Assembly (NCBI GenBank): GCA_965199265.1
Contig: CBDAQV010000001.1
Coordinates: forward strand, 86,739-150,738
Direction of reading: 5' to 3'
Source of the DNA: Alphaproteobacteria bacterium
GTDB lineage: Bacteria; Pseudomonadota; Alphaproteobacteria; CALMVH01
DNA: 64,000 nucleotides
The translations under genes and the position numbers were made by a program. Of the stretch, positions 1 through 9,303 are shown one piece after another (position 1 is the stretch's first letter; every line of letters starts with the position of its first letter). Under the pieces are notes generated by a model that ran no database searches, was not told the origin of the DNA, and worked only from the letters and a program-made list of their open reading frames with translations.

Positions 1-3000
1 GTGAGAGCCGCATTGCCGTTGTCGCCCGCCGTCACGTCGATCCCGCAGTTCGCGACGCCGTCGGAGCAGGTCGTCTCGCTGCCGCTCACCTTGATGGTGC
101 TGCCGCTCGCGATTTCGGCCTTCACCGTCCGGTAGATCTCGCTGTAGACCGCGCCGATGGAAAGCGAACCATCCGCGCCATAGCCGCCCTGGACCGCCGC
201 GGAAAGGATCCGCATCGGGTCGTTCGCCGATATGTCGACCGTGCCGAAATCCTGGATCGTGGAGTTTTCGACGCGCGCCGCGACCGCGTCATAAGCCAGC
301 TGCGAGATCGCGTCCGTGCCGCTGGGGTCGCCGATCAGGGCAAGGTTCACGCCCGCGCCCGCGCCGACACCCTTGCCGCCGTAGAACGAGCCGCCGCCCA
401 TGCCGATCAGCTCGTTGTCGTAGCCCGCGATCTCGACCGCTCCGGACTTGTTGCCGGTGACGGCAGAACCGATCACGGAGGCGTCGCTTGCGTCGTCGCT
501 GCGCACGATGGTGGCCGAGGCGGCGACCGCCGCCGAGTTGCCGCCGTTCGTGTCGGCGGCGAGGCTGAGGCCGATATCGACGGTGAAACCGCCCGACAAC
601 GCTTCGACCGTCAGCGCGTTGGCGTGCTGGATGTTCGAGCCGGCGAGGTCGGCGCCGGTGATGTTGGCGCTGTCGTCGTACGCAACCGCGCCGGCGATCG
701 CGGCGCTGGTCGTGGATTGCTGCGTGCCCGCAAGCGACAACGCCGCCGCGCCGGAGAGCGAGAACAGCGAAGTCGCGCGCGTCGCGCCGACGCTGACGCC
801 GACTCCGCCCGTGCCGAGGTACTGCGAGACCGTCGCGCCCTGCAGCCACGCCTCGGTGTCGAGGGTGTTCAGGGTCACGGTGCCGCTGCCCGAAACGGCA
901 AGGCCGAATGACTGCGACCCTGTCGCGCCGGTGGACGGGGTTGGGCTGGTGTCGCTGTCCGCGTCGCTGGCGCTGGTCGGGGCAGGGGTGCCGCCGCCGG
1001 ACGAGTCCTGCGCGCCGCCGCTGCTGGAGGTCGCCTTGTCGGCAAGGTCGGCGATCAGGCCGTCCGCGTTGCCCGAAAGAAGGTCCGTGACCGGTCCCTG
1101 GATCGACGAGATCTCGCTGGAAAGCCCGCTGAAGAACGAGGTTGAATCGCCTTGCGACGAAGTGTCGCTGTCGCCGCCCGAACCACTGCCGCCGCTGCCG
1201 GACCCGCTGCCGTTGGATGGCGCACTGCCCTTTTGCTCCGATCCCGCGATCGCCAGCGTGCCGTCAGTGCCGCTTGTGGTCGCGGTGACGCTGAGAGCGT
1301 TCGTGTCGATATATCCGGCGGCGTTGAAAGCCTGGCTGGTCGCCGCTGCCGAGTCCATACCCGCGACGATGGCACGGTCCGCCGTGGCGTCGCCGACATA
1401 AGCATCGGTGGTGGTGCCCGACAGGCCGATCGCCACCGACGCGCCGATCGCGGCGTCAGTCGATTGCGTCAGGTCGCCCGCGACGTTGAAGATCTCCATG
1501 TTCTGCGCGGCCGCGACATCCACGCTCGGCGCCGAAACCTGCGCGTTTTCGCTGACGACCGCATGGGTGGCGTTCGACAGGTCGAGGAAAGACACGTCGC
1601 CGGTAATTCCGACGCCCGCGCCGCTGCCGGACGACGCGGTGACGATCAGGCCGAGGTCGGTCGTCGTTGCCTCGACGCTGACGCCGCTGTCGCTGTCGAC
1701 CACCGCGCCCGCATCGATGCCAGCGACGGTGTTGCCGCCCGCCGTGACGATATTGGCCGAGCCGCCGACCGAAGCGTCGCCGCTGCCCGGCTGGCTGAGG
1801 ATGGTATCGATGAAGATGGTGCTTGAATTCGCCGCGACCGTTACCGCCATCGGGACCGCGAAGGTCGCGGTGGGGCTGGCGCTTGCCGGATCGAAAGCGC
1901 CATAGGTCGTCTGGTAGGCGCTGCTCTGGAACGGATCGAGCGACGTATCGCCGCCATCGACCTGAACGGTCCAGTTAGAACCGCCGCCCGTGCTGGAGAT
2001 ATGAGCGCCGGCGCCGACCCACGCCGCCGTGTTGTCGCTCAATTCGACGTAGTCGATCGAGCCGTAGACTCCGCCCGTGCTGGCCGAGCCGGAAGCGGCG
2101 GCAAAGCCGTTCGACAGGCCGATCTGGCCCGAGAAGTCGTCGTAGATGCCTTTCAGGCTGGTAAGGTCGCCCTTGACTGTCCAGCCATCGGTCGCCGTCT
2201 GTTCCGCGCCGCTGAGCGACAGGCTGCCGGGAAGATCGGTGATTACCGTCTTGCTGTCTGTGACCGCCCCAATGCCGGTCTGCTCGTCCGTCAGGATGCC
2301 GTTGTCCACAGGCAGGGTGAAGTTGGCGGCGACCGCGACGTCCGGCGCGGTGACGCTGGCCTGCGGCGCGACCAGCGCGGAGGTGTTGTTGGTGACATTG
2401 GTGATGGCGACCGCCGCGTCGACGGCGAAGCCGGTGCCCCCGCTGCCCGACCCGCTGCCCGAAGAAGCCTTGGGATTGCTGGCGCTGGTGCCGGTATCCT
2501 TGGAGTCGACGGAACCCGAGTTGGCGGAGTTCGAGCTGTTGGCGTTGCTTTCCAGGCCGCCATCCCACGCGGTCGCCAGAACGGCGACGCCCTGGCTGGC
2601 CGTGACCTTGGGCGCCTGCGCCGTGGCCGGCGCGCCGTCGCCGCTGGTCGGGTCGACATAGCCCTCGATCACGGCGGAGGTATCGTGCGTGACATTGTTG
2701 TAGGCGACGACGCCGCTGACCTGCGCGGTATTGCCCGCGTCGGTGAACAGCGTGCCGAGATACTTCTCGATGTAATCATTCTCGACGTAGTCGCCGGTTT
2801 CCTGGTTGCCGGTCGGGCTCGGGCTGCTGGCGCTGCCGCCCGTGACGCTGGCGGCGTCGACCGTGTCGCTGACGCCGATCGTGTCCGCCTCGACCAGAAG
2901 GTTGGCCGGAACGCTGCTGTTCTGGCCGATGCTCGCGCCCTCGATCGCGGTCGCGCTGGTGTCGATGAACGCCAGGCCCACGGCTCCGCTGCCGACCGCG

Positions 3001-5159
3001 GAGGTGCCCCCTGCGGTTGCCGAGGCGTTGGTGGCAAAGGCATCGTCGTTGCGCGCGATCAGGCTGATCTGGCCGGCGGCGTTGACGGCCGCGCCGGTGG
3101 CGATGATGGCCGTGGTGGTGATGTTCGCTTCGTTGATGTCCAGCGTCAGCGCGACCGGCGCGTTGGACGAGGACGTGGTCGCGGTCGGCGAACCGATGGC
3201 GAGGTCGTGCGAAGCGATCTCGATATTCGAGGCCGAACTGATCGTGGCGTCGTAGCCGATCAGCGTGCTCGCGGCGCCGGTGATCTCGCTGACCGTGGTG
3301 GCGAGGCCGATGCTAGGCTGATTGGTGTTGGAGGTCGCCTCGGTCGCAAGCGACTGGATGGTGACGCCGGTGCCGGCGGCATCGGTCGCGGAGACGTTCG
3401 CGCCGTTCAGCAACGTGACGCTCGATGCCGCGCCGGCGTGCATGTAGCCGATGCCGTCGAGCGGGATGGGCAGGCCCAGCGTCGAGGCGTTGAGGCCCAG
3501 CTCGCTGGTGATGTCGTTGGCGGCCGCCCCTGTGAGTGCCGTCAGGCTGGCAAGGCCCGTTGTCTCGGCATCGCTGGTCGCGACGATGGAAACGGAGCTG
3601 CCGGTGATCGCGCCGGCGACGTTGATGGTCGCCGCCGCATCGGCCGTGCCTTCGCCGGAAAGCATCGTCGCGTTTGCCGCCAGCGTGACCGCGCCGCCAG
3701 TGACGACGGCGCCCTTGCCGACGGTGATCGTGTCGCTGGAGCCCGCGGCGTCGATTGAGCTGGACGGGGTCTGCGACTGTGCCGCTGTCAGGATGATGCT
3801 GCCCGCCTTGCCGCCGGTGGAAGCGGCCGCGTTCAGGATCGCACCCGCGGTTGTGATGCCGCTCGCCACCGTCGTACCGGCCACGACGATGTTTTGCCCC
3901 GTAATGGCGATGTTGCCCGATGCGGCGCCCGCCATGCCGACCGTGTCGATGTTGGCTCCCGCCGCAAGGGTCACGGTTCCGTAAGGACCCTGCTGGGTTC
4001 CGGTCGCGCAGTCGCCGACGCAGTAATTGCCGCCGTTCGTGATCTGCAGCCCGCTGATCGTAAGGTCCGGCGGATCGAACGAGACCGTCCCTGCCTTGCC
4101 GGCTGTCGCGGACAGATCGTAGGTGACCTGGCCGACAGCGATCGACTCATCCGCCGAGAGTTCGACATTGCCGGCGTCGCCCGTGCCGCCGGCATGGGTC
4201 GAAAGCTGCACGCCATTGCCGACGACCAGATTGTTCGTCGCCTTCACCGTGATGCCGCCGCCGCCCGAGTTCACGCCATGGCCGCTGGCGCTGAGCCTCG
4301 TGCCCGCGTCGATCGCGATGTCGTGGCCCGCCGTCACCTGGATGTTGCCCGCGTTCCTGCCTGCCGCGCCATCGACGCTCATGGAGCCGCCGATTTCAGC
4401 GTCCGTCGCCGCGACGATCTCGATTCCATCGGCGCTTTCGACCAGGTCGGTCCCTTCCTTGAGACCCTTGGTGTTCACCGAGGCATCGAACAGCTGCTTG
4501 GCCGCAAGCTTCGCCTCGATCGTGCCGGTGGACGCCACCTGATAACCGCGCAGCCTGACCGAGGCTTTCGCGTTGATCGCGCCCTTGATCGAGATCAGAC
4601 CATCCTTCGAGACGGGCTCGTCTCCGGCCTTGATCGCCGTGACCGCGCCGGCATCGACCTTGCCCAGCGCGCTTACGACTTTGTCGAGGAACGCCGCTGT
4701 CGGCGTCGTGACGGTGAGGGCGCCGACATTGACCGCCCCTTGCGCCCCGACCACCATCCCGTACGGGTCGGCAAAATAGACGTTTCCGCCGATTCTGCCG
4801 TTCTTGAACGAGTTCAGCGTTCCTTCCACGTCAACCGCGCTGTCGCGGACGACGTTGATCAGGCTGTTCGCTTGCCCAGGAACGATCAGGTTGACCGTGG
4901 CGCCGGTTCCAACGGTGAAATTCTTAAACGAGTTGAACGCGTCACCGCCCGACATCGTCCCTGTCGTGACCGTCTTTGCCCCGGAATCCGGGGTCACAAT
5001 AGTCTGCGTGCGTCCGTCAGGTGTGATCTGCGTCACCACCTGCGCCGCATGCGCGGGCAGCGCCCCATCCAGCATGACCATCGCGACCAGGGCAGTCGTG
5101 CCCCTGAGCAAAGCAAGCAGGCGCGAGAACTCACTCTGCGACGGAACGATCCTGATCAT
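1..5159 (-). CDS. Giant two-partner-secretion (TpsA / filamentous-haemagglutinin-like) exoprotein; N-terminus complete, C-terminus runs off the window start
   Basis: The minus frame with ATG at 5159 stays open to position 1. It is absent from the ORF track because no stop lies in the window, and the listed minus ORFs here use the other two frames. Translation starts MIRIVPSQSEFSRLLALLRGTTALVAMVMLDGALPAHAAQVVTQITPDG..GDAFNSFKNFTVGTGATVNLIVPG..NGRIGGNVYFADPYGMVVG, which is a signal peptide plus the TPS-domain pattern. The rest is G/A/S/T-rich repeats with a GSGSGSGGSGSGG linker. Confidence 0.8.
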   Translation of the reverse strand, partial: MIRIVPSQSEFSRLLALLRGTTALVAMVMLDGALPAHAAQVVTQITPDGRTQTIVTPDSGAKTVTTGTMSGGDAFNSFKNFTVGTGATVNLIVPGQANSLINVVRDSAVDVEGTLNSFKNGRIGGNVYFADPYGMVVGAQGAVNVGALTVTTPTAAFLDKVVSALGKVDAGAVTAIKAGDEPVSKDGLISIKGAINAKASVRLRGYQVASTGTIEAKLAAKQLFDASVNTKGLKEGTDLVESADGIEIVAATDAEIGGSMSVDGAAGRNAGNIQVTAGHDIAIDAGTRLSASGHGVNSGGGGITVKATNNLVVGNGVQLSTHAGGTGDAGNVELSADESIAVGQVTYDLSATAGKAGTVSFDPPDLTISGLQITNGGNYCVGDCATGTQQGPYGTVTLAAGANIDTVGMAGAASGNIAITGQNIVVAGTTVASGITTAGAILNAAASTGGKAGSIILTAAQSQTPSSSIDAAGSSDTITVGKGAVVTGGAVTLAANATMLSGEGTADAAATINVAGAITGSSVSIVATSDAETTGLASLTALTGAAANDITSELGLNASTLGLPIPLDGIGYMHAGAASSVTLLNGANVSATDAAGTGVTIQSLATEATSNTNQPSIGLATTVSEITGAASTLIGYDATISSASNIEIASHDLAIGSPTATTSSSNAPVALTLDINEANITTTAIIATGAAVNAAGQISLIARNDDAFATNASATAGGTSAVGSGAVGLAFIDTSATAIEGASIGQNSSVPANLLVEADTIGVSDTVDAASVTGGSASSPSPTGNQETGDYVENDYIEKYLGTLFTDAGNTAQVSGVVAYNNVTHDTSAVIEGYVDPTSGDGAPATAQAPKVTASQGVAVLATAWDGGLESNANSSNSANSGSVDSKDTGTSASNPKASSGSGSGSGGTGFAVDAAVAITNVTNNTSALVAPQASVTAPDVAVAANFTLPVDNGILTDEQTGIGAVTDSKTVITDLPGSLSLSGAEQTATDGWTVKGDLTSLKGIYDDFSGQIGLSNGFAAASGSASTGGVYGSIDYVELSDNTAAWVGAGAHISSTGGGSNWTVQVDGGDTSLDPFQSSAYQTTYGAFDPASASPTATFAVPMAVTVAANSSTIFIDTILSQPGSGDASVGGSANIVTAGGNTVAGIDAGAVVDSDSGVSVEATTTDLGLIVTASSGSGAGVGITGDVSFLDLSNATHAVVSENAQVSAPSVDVAAAQNMEIFNVAGDLTQSTDAAIGASVAIGLSGTTTDAYVGDATADRAIVAGMDSAAATSQAFNAAGYIDTNALSVTATTSGTDGTLAIAGSEQKGSAPSNGSGSGSGGSGSGGDSDTSSQGDSTSFFSGLSSEISSIQGPVTDLLSGNADGLIADLADKATSSSGGAQDSSGGGTPAPTSASDADSDTSPTPSTGATGSQSFGLAVSGSGTVTLNTLDTEAWLQGATVSQYLGTGGVGVSVGATRATSLFSLSGAAALSLAGTQQSTTSAAIAGAVAYDDSANITGADLAGSNIQHANALTVEALSGGFTVDIGLSLAADTNGGNSAAVAASATIVRSDDASDASVIGSAVTGNKSGAVEIAGYDNELIGMGGGSFYGGKGVGAGAGVNLALIGDPSGTDAISQLAYDAVAARVENSTIQDFGTVDISANDPMRILSAAVQGGYGADGSLSIGAVYSEIYRTVKAEIASGSTIKVSGSETTCSDGVANCGIDVTAGDNGNAAL

Positions 5160-5539
5160 GATTTTTTCGCTAGAGATGTTTAACAAGCCAACTTATAAGG
5201 AAGTTCCAGCCTGGGTACAATATTTTTAATTATACTGTTGAGAGATACAGTCGTTATTTGAGACAAGGCCACCATTTCGCGCCTCTTCGTTCACGGATTT
5301 CATGCAAATCCCACCGAAGGGTCGCGACGTGGTCTGGCGGTCTCATCGGGTTAACAAGTAGCGCGGCTGTAGGCTGACCAGGATGTCGCATAAGCCTCTA
5401 CACGCTTTATCGACAACTTGGCAGTAGAACCTGTCTGGGTTCGCGCTTGCGAGTCATGGTTGCGCGTTGCTGCAGGAACACAATACACTGGTCTTCGATA
5501 GAGACCGTCTTTGGCGGGACGGCTCTGACCCGCATGCTT

Positions 5540-5800
5540 TGGCATTGCACCTGCCCGGACCAGGCACTCACACCGGCGAAGCTGATCCGCAGCGATCGCC
5601 AGATGTCTGGCGAGCGGAAAGCGCACGGCTGAGCCATCCGAAGCTGCGGTCGACCACACAGCGGCGCGGCAGAACCTCGCAGCCGGATTGATTGTCGTTG
5701 CGCCGGGTGACCTCGATCCGAAGTCGAGACAGGCTGCCTTATCCAGCAGCTTGCGGGATCATATGCGCCATCAGCGAACAGGTGCCATTCGGGTTTTTAG
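5540..5800 (-). pseudogene. Decayed C-terminal remnant of an IS5-group DDE transposase
   Basis: Minus-sense translation needs three frames: ..PEWHLFADGAYD / RKLLDKAACLDFGS / IEVTRRNDNQSGCEVLPRRCVVDRSFGWLSRAL. This is the ADGxYD...VLPRRWVVERxFxWL block remembered from IS5-group transposases, broken by at least two frameshifts. No N-terminal part and no terminal inverted repeats were seen. Confidence 0.55.
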
Positions 5801-5978
5801 ACCTGCCTGGGACAGCATCGAAACTAGCGAATTTCCCGAAAAGCCAAACTGAAACGACAGTCTACAACGGGCAAAAACTGTCCGAAATCACCAACTTACA
5901 TTAAACCGGGACGTACAGATGTCCGCACACCGCCCTTTCAGCCATTACCGCACAAACCTCGCGCGCGGGACGACTGCG

Positions 5979-6010
5979 TGGTTGGCGATTAGGATTCGAA
6001 CTTGAGAACG
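5979..6010 (-). other. tRNA-like 3'-end fragment (degenerate copy of the tRNA-Gln T-arm/acceptor end)
   Basis: Minus-sense cgttctcaagttcgaatcctaatcgccaacca resembles cattcccaggttcgaatcctggcgccccagcca of the intact tRNA-Gln about 185 bp away, with a shared GTTCGAATCCT core and a CCA end. No matching 5' acceptor strand, D arm or anticodon arm lies upstream, so it is not a gene. Confidence 0.35.
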
Positions 6011-6193
6011 ATCACGCTGCTGTTGCACTTGCGTCGGACATAAATGGAGTTGTCCACGACAAGAGACTTTTGGGGGGCTGGGCGCGAGAAGGCCGCTTCG
6101 GATCGATGTCTCTGGTCGGAACCCCGCGCAAACGCCCGAAGCCTGCGGCGTAAACCAAATAAATGGCAAAACATAATGAGATTAGTGGTTTAG

Positions 6194-6268
6194 TGGCTGG
6201 GGCGCCAGGATTCGAACCTGGGAATGTCGGTACCAAAAACCGATGCCTTACCGCTTGGCGACGCCCCA
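6194..6268 (-). tRNA. tRNA-Gln (anticodon UUG)
   Basis: Hand-folded cloverleaf. Acceptor TGGGGCG/CGCCCCA, anticodon stem TCGGT/ACCGA with loop TTTTGGT (TTG), T arm CCAGG-TTCGAAT-CCTGG, discriminator G, encoded CCA. Confidence 0.9.
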
Positions 6269-6305
6269 TCGTCCGGGATGAGATAGGGCCGGGACAGGGG
6301 AAGGG

Positions 6306-7199
6306 TCAAGCGTCTTGCCCGACGTGCCCCCAATCTGCCTGGCTGTCCAGCAACTTGCCTGCTTTGACCCACCAGCCGCCGTGCGCCTTGCGTACGGTTT
6401 CGGCGGCGTCGCGCGCTTGCGCCGCCGCGGCGTAAAGGGCAAGGCACGTTGCGCCGCTGCCCAGCATGCGCACCAGCAAGCAGTCCCGAGTGGCTTCCAA
6501 CGCCGCCAGAACGGTGCTGATCTCCGGGCGGACACCGATGGCGGCAGCGGCAAGGCCGTTGCCCCGGCGCTCCAGTATTCCCGCCAGTTCGGAGGCGTCG
6601 CGCGGGGCGATGTCGAAACGGCCTTCGGGTGCGAACGGCCCCGCTCGCGCGGCGAAGACCTCTTTTGTCGGGCAGGCGACGCCCGGATTGGCAAGGACGA
6701 TGAAGGCAGGCGGCAGGGAGGGGCAGCCGTCCAGTCTCTCGCCGGTCCCGCCCATGAAGCAAGGACGGCTGGCGACGCAGACGGGTACGTCGGACCCGAG
6801 CGAGCGGGCGACCTCGCGAACCGTCTCGCCCGCCGGGTCAAGGCCCCACATCCGGCACAGCAGGCGCAGGGTCGCGGCCGCATCCGCGGAGCCGCCGCCT
6901 ATCCCGGAAGCCACGGGCAATGCCTTGCGCAGAGTCAGCGCCACTGCCGGAGTGCGGCCGGCGGCGATCGCCAGCCGGTGGGCGGCGCGGGTGATCAGAT
7001 TGTCCTCGCCTGACTCAAGTCCGGCGGCGAATGGCCCTTCAATCGACAAGGCAAACGCGGGCGCCGCGCGCGCGCGCAACTCGTCACCGACGTCGGCGAA
7101 AGCAACAAGGCTGTCGAGCAGGTGGTAGCCGCGCTGGTCCTTGCCGAGGATGTGCAGGTAGAGGTTCAGCTTGGCGGGGGCAAATTCACGCATATCCAC
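6306..7199 (-). CDS. ispE: 4-diphosphocytidyl-2-C-methyl-D-erythritol kinase
   Basis: MDMREFAPAKLNLYLHILGKDQRGYHLLDSLVAFADVGD...LPVASGIGGGSADAAA matches the GHMP-kinase IspE N-terminus and the glycine-rich motif. Confidence 0.9.
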   Translation of the reverse strand: MDMREFAPAKLNLYLHILGKDQRGYHLLDSLVAFADVGDELRARAAPAFALSIEGPFAAGLESGEDNLITRAAHRLAIAAGRTPAVALTLRKALPVASGIGGGSADAAATLRLLCRMWGLDPAGETVREVARSLGSDVPVCVASRPCFMGGTGERLDGCPSLPPAFIVLANPGVACPTKEVFAARAGPFAPEGRFDIAPRDASELAGILERRGNGLAAAAIGVRPEISTVLAALEATRDCLLVRMLGSGATCLALYAAAAQARDAAETVRKAHGGWWVKAGKLLDSQADWGHVGQDA

Positions 7200-7205
7200 A
7201 ACAGG

Positions 7206-8987
7206 TTAAAGGACCGGGGGGCCTGGTATTTGAACCGGCAGGCTGCGGCAAATCGTTTCGCCAGCCAGCACGGTCGCGGTGTTGCCCGGCAGCTCGACTC
7301 CGCCACCCGTCGTCGAACAGCCCGGACGCGATGCCAGCACGATTGTCCTTTCGGCGCCCGCGACCGGCACGATCTGGGCCATGTCCGCGAAATTGCATGC
7401 GACGGCCACGCCGCTGTGGCGCATGACCAGCCACTGAGCGTCCGCGTCGAAGGTTACCTCCGCAGCGGCGCTCTTTCCGAAGCCGGGAACGGAGTGACGC
7501 AGGGCGATCAGGCCACGATGCCATGCCAAGACGGACGCGTGTTCATTCTTTTCCAGATCGCTCCAGTCCAACTTCGAGCGCTCGAAGGTTTTCGCGTCCT
7601 GCGGGTTGGGAATTTGTTCTGGATGCAGGCCGTAATCCCCGAAGCTGTTCGCTCGGCCTTTCATCGTCGCTTCCGCGACGTGAGCGTCGCGGTGGTCGGT
7701 GAAGAACTGGAACGGCGTCGACGCGCCCCACTCCTCGCCTTGGAACAGCATCGGCACGAAGCGCGACAGGATCGTCAGCGCCGCGCCAATCTTCACTCGC
7801 TCGATATCGATCCTGTGCCCGGGCCGGTCGCCTAGCGGGCGGTTGCCGACCTGATCGTGGTTGGCGTTGAAGACGATGAAATGGTCGGCCGAAATCTGCC
7901 TGTACGGGCGTCCCAGCCGCTTGTTGCGGTACTCGGAATACTGACCGTCGAACACCACCGCCTGCTTCAGGGCCTTGGCCAGCAGCTCCATCGAGCCGAA
8001 ATCGTGGTAGTAGCTGCGGCGATCCCCGCTCAGCAACGTCAGCAACGAGTGGTGGAAGTTGTCGACCCATTGCGCGTCGAGCCCAAGGCCCCCCTTTTCG
8101 CGGCTTGTCACGATGCGCGGATCGTTCTGGTCGAACTCCGCCGTCAGGACCAGATTCCGGCCGATCTTGCCGGACAACGCCTCGACTCGCTCGCTGAGCT
8201 CCTCCATCAGGTGCAGGGCGGAGCGGTCGCGCAGCTCGTCCATCGCGTCGATGCGCAGACCGTCGAAATGGTAGTCCTCCAGCCACATCAGCGCATTGTC
8301 GATGATGAAGCTGCGGACGTGGTCGCTTCCCGGGCCGTCGAGGTTGATCGCCTCGCCCCACGGCGTGTGCTCGTCCTTGTTATAGGGGCCGAACCGGCCT
8401 GCATGGTTCCCTTCCGGACCTAGGTGGTTGTAGACCACGTCGAGCAGTATGGCGAGGCCGTGCGCGTGGCATCGGTCGACAAAATCCTTCAGTTCGCCGG
8501 GGCTTCCGTACGCAGCGTACGGTGCGTAGAGGTAGACGCCGTCGTACCCCCAATTTCGCGATCCCGATGCCTGGTGCACCGGCATCAACTCGATATGGGT
8601 GATGCCAAGGGCCTTGAGGTAGGGCAGCTTTTCTACCGCATCCCGGTACGTGCCGCCGCTGGTGAACGTGCCGATGTGAAGTTCGTAGAGCACCGCCTCG
8701 GACAGTTCGGGCGGCCGCCATTCGCCATCCGTCCAGCCGTGCGCGTGGTCGACGACAACCGACGGCCCGTGCGAGCCTTCCGGTTGCCAGCGGGAACGCG
8801 GGTCGGGGTAAGTCTGCTCCAGGTCGTGGTTGAGGCGGAATTCGTATTTCGTGCCCGGACCGGCTGACTCAAGGTCGGCGTGCCACCGCCCTTGCTCGTC
8901 CCGGCTCATGGGGTGCTCGAAGCCGTCGATGACCACGTCCATGCTGGTGATCTCGCCGTTGGGCGCCCAGACCTCGAAGTTTTGCAT
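7206..8987 (-). CDS. treZ: Malto-oligosyltrehalose trehalohydrolase (GH13)
   Basis: MQNFEVWAPNG..YEFRLNHD..YPDPRSRWQPEGSHGPSVVVD..LYELHIGTFT..LGITHIELMPV..WGYDGVYLYAP..VVYNHLGPEGN..DGLRIDA is the typical TreZ pattern. The start is set at the internal ATG (8987), because the longer ORF to 9182 adds an arginine-rich non-homologous leader. Confidence 0.85.
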   Translation of the reverse strand: MQNFEVWAPNGEITSMDVVIDGFEHPMSRDEQGRWHADLESAGPGTKYEFRLNHDLEQTYPDPRSRWQPEGSHGPSVVVDHAHGWTDGEWRPPELSEAVLYELHIGTFTSGGTYRDAVEKLPYLKALGITHIELMPVHQASGSRNWGYDGVYLYAPYAAYGSPGELKDFVDRCHAHGLAILLDVVYNHLGPEGNHAGRFGPYNKDEHTPWGEAINLDGPGSDHVRSFIIDNALMWLEDYHFDGLRIDAMDELRDRSALHLMEELSERVEALSGKIGRNLVLTAEFDQNDPRIVTSREKGGLGLDAQWVDNFHHSLLTLLSGDRRSYYHDFGSMELLAKALKQAVVFDGQYSEYRNKRLGRPYRQISADHFIVFNANHDQVGNRPLGDRPGHRIDIERVKIGAALTILSRFVPMLFQGEEWGASTPFQFFTDHRDAHVAEATMKGRANSFGDYGLHPEQIPNPQDAKTFERSKLDWSDLEKNEHASVLAWHRGLIALRHSVPGFGKSAAAEVTFDADAQWLVMRHSGVAVACNFADMAQIVPVAGAERTIVLASRPGCSTTGGGVELPGNTATVLAGETICRSLPVQIPGPPVL

Positions 8988-8996
8988 GCCGCCAAC

Positions 8997-9028
8997 ATCC
9001 CGTTCATCGGTGATCAATGGAACGGGAT
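8997..9028 (-). promoter_or_regulatory. 9-bp inverted repeat (ATCCCGTTC-N14-GAACGGGAT) 10 nt upstream of the treZ start codon
   Basis: Perfect 9-bp arms read directly. The loop contains TGATCA. The hairpin sits in the putative treZ 5' leader just before gttggcggcATG. Confidence 0.3.
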
Positions 9029-9257
9029 TAGCATTGGTTTTGAAGGCCGCGGCAAGGCAAATATTAGTGTCACAGGGGTATGTCGGCAGCGCAGCCGGCA
9101 GGCCGTTTCCAGGTTCGGGTTTCGGGGCTGATCGGCTCTCCGGCGAGCCGGCACGCGCGCGAAACAGGCTTGCCCGGCGCATGAGCCGAGCCCCTTGCGC
9201 GTGTGCGGAAAGAGTACACCGCGCCGAACCTGCCGGTCATAGTTCAGCCTTAATGCA

Positions 9258-9288
9258 ACGGTACCGTAGCGTTTAGTTACGGTACCGT
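9258..9288. promoter_or_regulatory. Twin perfect 10-bp palindromes ACGGTACCGT, centres 21 bp apart; candidate operator
   Basis: ACGGTACCGT occurs at 9258-9267 and again at 9279-9288. Each copy is self-complementary. Both lie in the divergent treZ / small-ORF-TetR intergenic region, about 15 nt before the 9304 ORF. Confidence 0.4.
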
Positions 9289-9303
9289 TTAACTTCAGCA
9301 ACA

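Noticed and set aside
448-5183. Long plus-strand ORFs (448..1401, 2001..3758, 3894..5183 and others) across the first 5 kb
   Set aside because: They are antisense or out of frame to the continuous minus-strand TPS exoprotein frame. Their products are Arg/Ala/Pro-rich with no motifs, which is typical of spurious ORFs in GC-rich DNA.
5945-6190. Possible second tRNA or a two-piece alphaproteobacterial tmRNA around the TTCGAATCC...CCA fragment
   Set aside because: No complementary 5' acceptor strand, D arm or anticodon arm can be folded. The acceptor would lack the G3:U70 alanine identity pair. No ANDN-type tag reading frame is present.
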